Shown piece by piece: positions 53,501 to 64,000 of a DNA stretch of 64,000 nucleotides (position 1 is the stretch's first letter; each line of letters begins with the position of its first letter). The stretch covers positions 14,136,001 to 14,200,000 of the forward strand of contig OZ024765.1 in assembly GCA_964016885.1 (NCBI GenBank), written 5' to 3'. Made by a program: the position numbers and the translations under genes. A model generated the notes under the pieces. The model searched no databases. It was not told the origin of the DNA and saw only the letters and a program-made list of their open reading frames with translations. The DNA comes from Eledone cirrhosa. Lineage: Eukaryota.

Positions 53501-56500
53501 GTCGTGGTTGTTGTTATATTTTATAGTCGTGGTTTCAATGTTTAACAGGGGTTGTAGAATTAGATTTATCTAATTATTATAAAACAAAACAGATTTATAT
53601 ATTGTCGCCGTTGTACGTTAAAATCGCATATATATTTATATACACACCAAGGATGGAGGGACGACGGAATTGAAAACCATTATTGCTGAGTACATCACGG
53701 CAAGATCTAATACACACACACACACTCTCCCGTATATATTTAATAATCAGCTATGACCATAAAGAAGGTCGTTGTAGGATCTAATGAACCCGAAAGAAAG
53801 TGAAAATATATTTTATGAAAGCCCCAGAAGAATAAATGTAAACATTGACCCGATTATAGTAGAAATAAGAATGAGAAAGCCATGAACGCCAGCACATCTA
53901 TTTTGCTTTGAAATTGAAAGTAGGTTTATAAATATTAATTTTTTCTTATGTTCTTGTATCTGTTTCGTTGGCCTAATGGTAGGTGTTAGAGACTATGTAG
54001 ACACTGATGTGGTGTTCAATCTCAGTCCGAATCTGTACTATATATTTTTAAATTTAAATTTTTCTCTAGCAAAGTAAAAAATGAAATTATTATCTATAGA
54101 CTTTGACTGAGATCGAAACCCCGAGCAGGTTCTCCACCGTCTCTAATACCTACCATTAGGCCACGGAGACAGATATAAAAACAGTGTGAAAATTAATATT
54201 TATAAAGTTACTTTTTTATTTTTGTTTTATACTATAAAAAATATAATACGACACATTGCCAGTGATTGAACCCCGGACCTGGACCTCCACCGGCTCTTAT
54301 ACTTACCACTAGGCTAAAGGGACGGTTACAGAAACTTACTGAAAATTGATATTTATAAACCTACTTTTTCATTACTAGAAAAAACCGGAAGTGGAGATAA
54401 TTGAAAAACATCTTCTTTTTCTTCCTCTGATTTTTTTTTATCCAAAATTTGGATTTAAGTCAGAGACGAGTTATCGTTCGTGGCAAAAATCAGAGGAAGA
54501 AAAAGAAAAAGTTTTTCAATTTTCTCCACTTCCGGTTTTTTCTAGTATAGGTAAGTAAATATTAATTTTCAAACATTTTTTCTAACCGTCCCTGTGGCCT
54601 AATGGTAAGCACTAGAGACGGTGGAGATCCTGATTTAGGGTTCGATTTCCGTTAGGTTCTATACTAATAACTGCGTATTTTTTGCTTTTATTAAGTAAGA
54701 TTTGAACTAATAATGCTGTACTTTGTAGTAATGTCCCATATTATATTCAACATATTTTAATTAAAATTTGTTTTTTTTATAAAAGAAAGAACAAAAAACC
54801 TTATTGAAATTAAGAAATGAATTTTATTCAGTAAAGTTGTTTTTATTTTGTATTCACTTCATTAACTGCTGAATACGTCTTTTGTTTTTGTTTTTGTTTC
54901 CTTCTAACCATTGTTTACTGCACATGGTGGCTGCAACGAACCTGGATTATTACCAAGTTTCACTGGATGATTGTATTATTTTGTTGTCAGTGGACATCTG
55001 GACATCTATCTAAATACCTGGAATAAACACAAGGTGTGTGTTTTACGTAACATTTCATTTTAATGTCTGATGTTCCTGTATATCACATTTAAAATGTAAC
55101 CAATAAACAAGACAGGGACGCTACATCAAAAGAAACCACACAGACGAGGTATGAATAATGTAAAATTCATTTTAACAAACTATAAACGATGTTTAAAGAG
55201 AGACAAACATTAAAAAAAAGGATTTCAAACAAACACGTAAACACAAAGACAATTACAGCCATAATCTAATATCTGAAGATCAACATTTTTCACGATAGAA
55301 ATAAAACTAAATATGTAAAGCTTAGTGGCCCCTGATTTACTTGCTTTTAATTTCATTTTGATAAACTGTATTCTGTAGACATATATTTATGATTTTAATG
55401 ATGAAATTTCCTCTTGTCTTTAAAAGATTATTACTTATAAAAAATTATAATAGTTACCTCCTCCTCTGGATTAATATATAGCATCATTCGAGGTAGCTTA
55501 CCCCCAGGGGTTCCTCAACTGGGCGATTTCAGCTGTTGGGTAGGCGATGAGCAGCTGAACAGAAAATTGAGGGCCATTGGAAACTTTGGTGGCCGATGTA
55601 GAATTTTGAGATTTAAGAAGGTATGCTACCCGAAAACCTATTCAAGGAATATATGCAAAGAACCCGAATAAAAATCAGGAAGCTAATTGGGAAAATTGAA
55701 CCAGGAACAAACATTTACGAAACATATTTGGTATACTTTGGAATATTTACTATACAGGTGGCTGGTGGAACATTTTTTCACGTGAATGTGGGTAATGACG
55801 CCAAAATATTTGGCAACCCTTGGCTTACACCTTACTAAATGTTCTGGAGACAAGCCTCATAGTTATATATCATAGTTCTTCAATCCTTCATCTTCCACCA
55901 TTGGTGAAGTATTTCGATTTGATATGGCGATCGCCGAGTTAGATTTAGGACGTGGTGGCGTTCATGGGTTTCTTAGTGTTGTTACTAGAAAGGGTCGACT
56001 CTGTCTTTCACATTTCAGGTTTTTTCATGAATTAAATATCCATTTTCTTTCTGATCGGTCTAACAATGATTTCAACCTACAATGACTCCGTCTGTAATAA
56101 TGTTCTCTTATTTGAAATATGTCATACCTAACTGCCGTGTCTGTGTGTGTGAAAAATATTCCAACTTAGAGCGACGTTCCCGTAAATTGTTTAGCCTGAG
56201 TCCTATATATAGATAATGTGTAATATTTGAACCTTCATTGAGGGTCTTTGCCGTAATTTCCCGTAACTCCGACTAGAAGTCATTATGTAGTTTTTTCGTC
56301 CGTTAAAAATAATGATTAAAACAATTCTATATCCACAGTTATATACACCTCTTCATCACATATTATATTATTTACACCAATAACTACATTATATCCTTAA
56401 ATATGACACCAAGATATATAATTTGTAAATAAAAGATAAAATATTAAAACCTCAATTTTTAAATAATTTTACCCCACATTTATGTTCTCAGTGTTTAGAT

Positions 56501-59500
56501 AAATCCATAATTTTATGATTTTGGAGCAGATAACATAGTACCAGTCATGTACTGGGATCAATTTAACGGATTGGTTCCTCCCCGCAAATTACTTGACTTT
56601 TGCCTAAGTAAGACATACTCACAGAATGTAACGATGTATATGTATGAATCTATATATATAATAATATATATATATATATATATATTTATGTATATATTTT
56701 ATGTTTACAATAAAAATAGACAAACAATTTAATGATAATATGAAATGAAATTATTATTATTTATTAATAATATTTTTATTGTTTCCACTGCATTAACTTC
56801 TGAGTGTGACTTTGTTTTTCTTACTATTTTCTACTGTAAATGGCGGCTTAATTGGTTTATTACTAACGTTTACTGGATTGTGGTGTTTCTTTATTGTTTT
56901 ATATTTCAATCAGTGGACATCAGGATAGCTTTCTATATACCTGGGATAAATGTAAAGAGTACTGACTTTCATCTGCAGTTCAATGGTGATGTCTTCTTAT
57001 ATTTTCATTTACTTCTGCAATACTGTATATTGTAGTCTTTTCATTATCTTAAATATTTCTATCATGTCACTCGTTTGATATATCTCCCCGAAAGATGTAG
57101 TTATTCAGGGCTTTACATTGGAATAGTGTACTACTATTTAAATATTAGTTCTTTAAATATATATTTCTATCATGTCCCCCCCCCCCCTCTTAGATTTGTC
57201 TCCTCTAAATTTGCAATCCCTAAAGTTTAACATCTTTCTTCAGAAGACATATTTCTTAATAATTCTGGTGTTTTCTGTTTTGTTCTTCTCTGGATTCCTT
57301 CAATAGCTTCTCCGTGCCCCAAAACAATATTCTAGGTCGTATCACACATATCATTCAACTAGTGTTTTAGACCTCTCGACATTTAGCTAGGCAAAGGAAT
57401 GTTTTATTATTCCTATCATCTGAATTCCTTTTTTTTCTTCAACATGTTTAGCCATCTTTAAAATCATATTCATACATATTCACAATTCCTCGTGGAGGGG
57501 TATAAGAGACATGTATAAATATAGCTGCATATTACTACAAAATAACTTGAACCATATGGCGAAACATTTTGTAAAGTATCTCTGTAATTATTCTCATTTC
57601 GATTTTCTGTAGAATGTATTGACGTTTAAGATAGAGACAATTGCCCTTCTTCTAATAATCTCTTTGTCCATTCCATGTTTAGCATCACAAAATATTGTTA
57701 ATGCAAGATTTTGCTCTAATGTAATAAATGTTACTTTTAAAAGACCGAAGTTCTCAATTTTCTTCTTTCTCTTGTATATTGATATCTAAAGGATGACAAA
57801 TGTATGAATTATGTGATAGGGAGGAAAAAAGCCACGACCTTCTTCTCTCGTTACAGAAGGCTAACTGAGAACGTCTTTCGCAGGAGTGACTAGTACTACT
57901 GCCTTTTATATACCGTGACAACTGGAAAGACGTGACAAATAAGGATACACTCTGCTCTCCTTATCAACATTGTCCGAGTCTGAGGACCTTTCCTCCCTGG
58001 TTAAGGAGTGAGATAAAATATTAGGGATCAATCTCTAGCAATAATTTCATTAAATCATATTTAACCAGAGACTGTTATGTCGTGGTTGTTGTTATATTTT
58101 ATAGTCGTGGTTTCAATGTTTAACAGGGGTTGTAGAATTAGATTTATCTAATTATTATAAAACAAAACAGATTTATATATTGTCGCCGTTGTACGTTAAA
58201 ATCGCATATATATTTATATACACACCAAGGATGGAGGGACGACGGAATTGAAAACCATTATTGCTGAGTACATCACGGCAAGATCTAATACACACACACA
58301 CACTCTCCCGTATATATTTAATAATCAGCTATGACCATAAAGAAGGTCGTTGTAGGATCTAATGAACCCGAAAGAAAGTGAAAATATATTTTATGAAAGC
58401 CCCAGAAGAATAAATGTAAACATTGACCCGATTATAGTAGAAATAAGAATGAGAAAGCCATGAACGCCAGCACATCTATTTTGCTTTGAAATTGAAAGTA
58501 GGTTTATAAATATTAATTTTTTCTTATGTTCTTGTATCTGTTTCGTTGGCCTAATGGTAGGTGTTAGAGACTATGTAGACACTGATGTGGTGTTCAATCT
58601 CAGTCCGAATCTGTACTATATATTTTTAAATTTAAATTTTTCTCTAGCAAAGTAAAAAATGAAATTATTATCTATAGACTTTGACTGAGATCGAAACCCC
58701 GAGCAGGTTCTCCACCGTCTCTAATACCTACCATTAGGCCACGGAGACAGATATAAAAACAGTGTGAAAATTAATATTTATAAAGTTACTTTTTTATTTT
58801 TGTTTTATACTATAAAAAATATAATACGACACACTGCAAGTGATTGAACCCCGGACCTGGACCTCCACCGGCTCTTATACTTACCACTAGGCTAAAGTGA
58901 CGGTTACAGACACTTACTGAAAATTGATATTTATAAACCTACTTTTTCATTACTAGAAAAAACAGGAAGTGGAGATAATTGAAAAACATCTTCTTTTTCT
59001 TCCTCTGATTTTTTTTTATCCAAAATTTGGATTTAAGTCAGAGACGAGTTATCGTTCGTGGCAAAAATCAGAAGAAGAAAAAGAAAAAGTTTTTCAATTT
59101 TCTCCACTTCCGGTTTTTTCTAGTATAGGTAAGTAAATATTAATTTTCAAAAAATTTTTCTAACCGTCCCTGTGGCCTAATGGTAAGTACTAGAGACGGT
59201 GGAGATCCTGATTTAGGGTTCGATTTCCGTTAGGTTCTATACTAATAACTGCGTATTTTTTGCTTTTATTAAGTAAGATTTGAACTAATAATGCTGTACT
59301 TTGTAGTAATGTCCCATATTATATTCAAGATATTTTAATTAAAATTTGTTTTTTTTATAAAAGAAAGAACAAAAAACCTTATTGAAATTAAGAAATGAAT
59401 TTTATTCAGTAAAGTTGTTTTTATTTTGTATTCACTTCATTAACTGCTGAATACGTCTTTTGTTTTTGATTCCTTCTAACCATCGTTTACTGCAAATGGT

Positions 59501-62500
59501 GGCTGCAACGAACCTGGATTATTACCAAGTTTCACTGGATGATTGTATTATTTTGTTGTCAGTGGACATCTGGACATCTATCTAAATACCTGGAATAAAC
59601 ACAAGGTGTGTGTTTTACGTAACATTTCATTTTAATGTCTGATGTTCCTGTATATCACATTTAAAATGTAACCAATAAACAAGACAGGGACGCTACATCA
59701 AAAGAAACCACACAGACGAGGTATGAATAATGTAAAATTCATTTTAACAAACTATAAACGATGTTTAAAGAGAGACAAACATTAAAAAAAAGGATTTCAA
59801 ACAAACACGTAAACACAAAGACAATTACAGCCATAATCTAATATCTGAAGATCAACATTTTTCACGATTGAAATAAAACTAAATATGTAAAGCTTAGTGG
59901 CCCCTGATTTACTTGCTTTTAATTTCATTTTGATAAACTGTATTCTGTAGACATATATTTATGATTTTAATGATGAAATTTCCTCTTGTCTTTAAAAGAT
60001 TATTACTTATAAAAAATTATAATAGTTACCTCCTCCTCTGGATTAATATATAGCATCATTCGAGGTAGCTTACCCCCAGGGGTTCCTCAACTGGGCGATT
60101 TCAGCTGTTGGGTGGGCGATGAGCAGCTGAACAGAAAATTGAGGGCCATTGGAAACTTTGGTGGCCGATGTAGAATTTTGAGATTTAAGAAGGTATGCTA
60201 CCCGAAAACCTATTCAAGGAATATATGCAAAGAACCCGAATAAAAATCAGGAAGCTAATTGGGAAAATTGAACCAGGAACAAACATTTACGAAACATATT
60301 TGGTATACTTTGGAATATTTACTATACAGGTGGCTGGTGGAACATTTTTCACGTGAATGTGGGTAATGACGCCAAAATATTTGGCAACCCTTGGCTTACA
60401 CCTTACTAAATGTTCTGGAGACAAGCCTCTTAGTTATATATCATAGTTCTTCAATTCTTCATCTTCCACCATTGATGAAGTATTTCGATTTGATATGACG
60501 ATCGCAGAGTTAGATTTAGGACGTGGTGGCGTTCATGGGTTTCTTAGTGTTGTTACTAGAAAGGGTCGACTCTGTCTTTCACACTTCAGGTTTTTTCATG
60601 AATTAAATATCCATTTTCTTTCTGATCGGTCTAACAATGATTTCAACCTACAATGACTCCGTCTGTAATAATGTTCTCTTATTTGAAATATGTCATACCT
60701 AACTCCCGTGTCTGTGTGTGTGAAAAATATTCCAACTTAGAGCGACGTTCCCGTAAATTGTTTAGCCTGAGTCCTATATATAGATAATGTGTAATATTTG
60801 AACCTTCATTGAGGGTCTTTGCCGTAATTTCCCGAAACTCCGACTAGAAGTCATTATGTAGTTTTTTCGTCCGTTAAAAATAATGATTAAAACAATTCTA
60901 TATACACAGTTATATACACCTCTTCATCACATATTATATTATTTACACCAATAACTACATTATATCCTTAAATATGACACGAAGATATATAATTTGTAAA
61001 TAAAAGATAAAATATTAAAACCTCAATTTTTAAATAATTTTACCCCACATTTATGTTCTCAGTGTTTAGATAAATCCATAATTTTATGATTTTGGAGCAG
61101 ATAACATAGTACCAGTCATGTACTGGGATCAATTTAACGGATTGGTTCCTCCCCGCAAATTACTTGACTTTTGCCTAAGTAAGACATACTCACAGAATGT
61201 AACGATGTATATGTATGAATCTATATATATAATAATATATATATATATATATATATATATTTATGTATATATTTTATGTTTACAATAAAAATAGACAAAC
61301 AATTTAATGATAATATGAAATGAAATTATTATTATTTATTAATAATATTTTTATTGTTTTCACTGCATTAACTTCTGAGTGTGACTTTGTTTTTCTTACT
61401 ATTTTCTACTGTAAATGGCGGCTTAATTGGTTTATTACTAACGTTTACTGGATTGCGGTGTTTCTTTATTGTTTTATATTTCAATCAGTGGACATCAGGA
61501 TAGCTTTCTATATACCTGGGGTAAATGTAAAGAGTACTGACTTTCATCTGCAGTTCAATGGTGATGTCTTCTTATATTTTCATTTACATCTGCAATTCTG
61601 TATATTGTAGTCTTTTCATTATTTTAAATATTTCTATCATGTCACTCGTTTGATATATCTCCCCGAAAGATGTAGTTATTCAGGGCTTTACATTGGAATA
61701 GTGTACTACTATTTAAATATTAGTCCTTTACATATATATTTCTATCATGTCCCCCCACCCTCTTAGAATTATCTCCTCTAAATTTGCAATCCCTAAAGTT
61801 TAACATCTTTCTTCAGAAGACATATTTCTTAATAATTCTGGTGTTTTCTGTTTTGTTCTTCTCTGGATTCCTTCAATAGCTTCTCCGTGCCCCAAAACAA
61901 TATTCTAGGTCGTATCACACATATCATTCAACTAGTGTTTTAGACCTCTCGACATTTAGCTAGGCAAAGGAATGTTTTATTATTCCTATCATCTGAATTC
62001 CTTTTTTTTCTTCAACATGTTTAGCCATCTTTAAAATCATATTCATACATATTCACAATTCCTCGTGGAGGGAGATAAGAGACATGTATATATATAGCTG
62101 CATATTACTACAAAATAACTTGAACCATATGGCGAAACATTTTGTAAAGTATCTCTGTAATTATTCTCATTTCGATTATCTGTAGAATGTATTGACGTTT
62201 AAGATAGAGACAATTGCCCTTCTTCTAATAATCTCTTTGTCCATTCCATGTTTAGCATCACAAAATATTGTTAATGCAAGATTTTGCTCTAATGTAATAA
62301 ATGTTACTTTTAAAAGACCGAAGTTCTCAATTTTCTTCTTTCTCTTGTATATTGATATCTAAAGGATGACAAATGTATGAATTATGTGATAGGGAGGAAA
62401 AAAGCCACGACCTTCTTCTCTCGTTAGAGAAGGCTAACTGAGAACGTCTTTCGCAGGAGTGACTAGTACTACTGCCTTTTATATACCGTGACAACTGGAA

Positions 62501-64000
62501 AGACGTGACAAATAAGGATACACTCTGCTCTCCTTATCAACATTGTCCGAGTCTGAGGACCTTTCCTCCCTGGTTAAGGAGTGAGATAAAATATTAGGGA
62601 TCAATCTCTAGCAATAATTTCATTAAATCATATTTAACCAGAGACTGTTATGTCGTGGTTGTTGTTATATTTTATAGTCGTGGTTTCAATGTTTAACAGG
62701 GGTTGTAGAATTAGATTTATCTAATTATTATAAAACAAAACAGATTTATATATTGTCGCCGTTGTACGTTAAAATCGCATATATATTTATATACACACCA
62801 AGGATGGAGGGACGACGGAATTGAAAACCATTATTGCTGAGTACATCACGGCAAGATCTAATACACACACACACACTCTCCCGTATATATTTAATAATCA
62901 GCTATGACCATAAAGAAGGTCGTTGTAGGATCTAATGAACCCGAAAGAAAGTGAAAATATATTTTATGAAAGCCCCAGAAGAATAAATGTAAACATTGAC
63001 CCGATTATAGTAGAAATAAGAATGAGAAAGCCATGAACGCCAGCACATCTATTTTGCTTTGAAATTGAAAGTAGGTTTATAAATATTAATTTTTTCTTAT
63101 GTTCTTGTATCTGTTTCGTTGGCCTAATGGTAGGTGTTAGAGACTATGTAGACACTGATGTGGTGTTCAATCTCAGTCCGAATCTGTACTATATATTTTT
63201 AAATTTAAATTTTTCTCTAGCAAAGTAAAAAATGAAATTATTATCTATAGACTTTGACTGAGATCGAAACCCCGAGCAGGTTCTCCACCGTCTCTAATAC
63301 CTACCATTAGGCCACGGAGACAGATATAAAAACAGTGTGAAAATTAATATTTATAAAGTTACTTTTTTATTTTTGTTTTATACTATAAAAAATATAATAC
63401 GACACATTGCCAGTGATTGAACCCCGGACCTGGACCTCCACCGGCTCTTATACTTACCACTAGGCTAAAGGGACGGTTACAGAAACTTACTGAAAATTGA
63501 TATTTATAAACCTACTTTTTCATTACTAGAAAAAACCGGAAGTGGAGATAATTGAAAAACATCTTCTTTTTCTTCCTCTGATTTTTTTTTATCCAAAATT
63601 TGGATTTAAGTCAGAGACGAGTTATCGTTCGTGGCAAAAATCAGAGGAAGAAAAAGAAAAAGTTTTTCAATTTTCTCCACTTCCGGTTTTTTCTAGTATA
63701 GGTAAGTAAATATTAATTTTCAAACATTTTTTCTAACCGTCCCTGTGGCCTAATGGTAAGCACTAGAGACGGTGGAGATCCTGATTTAGGGTTCGATTTC
63801 CGTTAGGTTCTATACTAATAACTGCGTATTTTTTGCTTTTATTAAGTAAGATTTGAACTAATAATGCTGTACTTTGTAGTAATGTCCCATATTATATTCA
63901 ACATATTTTAATTAAAATTTGTTTTTTTTATAAAAGAAAGAACAAAAAACCTTATTGAAATTAAGAAATGAATTTTATTCAGTAAAGTTGTTTTTATTTT

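Larger units (their letters stand above)
11655..64000. repeat. Macrosatellite / tandem segmental duplication, unit ~4575 bp, ~11.3 copies, runs off the window
   Basis: The same ORF-track entry recurs at 15571, 20134, 24712, 29271, 33840, 38429, 43006, 47591, 52167, 56745 and 61320 (spacing 4559-4589). Units differ by scattered SNPs, small indels and (AT)n/poly-C length. Segment 11655-12300 is a more diverged homologue of ~16340-16890. Confidence 0.99.

Noticed and set aside
11655-64000. rDNA, 5S, histone, snRNA or spliced-leader tandem array; CRISPR array
   Set aside because: None of the conserved sequences of these genes is recognisable in the unit. There is no short repeat-spacer structure and the context is eukaryotic.

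Overview
AT-rich, repeat-dominated eukaryotic DNA. From memory, the SINE and mariner-type repeats resemble those of octopus (coleoid cephalopod) genomes; this is not verified by a search. I can support no protein-coding gene. Positions ~1.1-11.4 kb form a giant nested palindrome centred near 5576. It carries four alternately oriented copies of a 1-1.5 kb module and later insertions: a Helitron whose empty site is visible in the other arm, a tRNA-derived SINE with a 14-bp TSD, and mariner remnants. A piggyBac-type MITE lies just left of the palindrome. From ~11.65 kb to the window end lies a macrosatellite of ~11.3 nearly identical ~4.575-kb units. Each unit contains: four degenerate tRNA-like (Pol III A/B-box) cassettes arranged +,-,-,+, the last two flanking a long ACCGGAAGTG hairpin; a hAT/Buster-type MITE; a decayed CR1-type LINE fragment; and two diverged paralogous segments that look like minus-strand terminal exons (...PDVH-stop).
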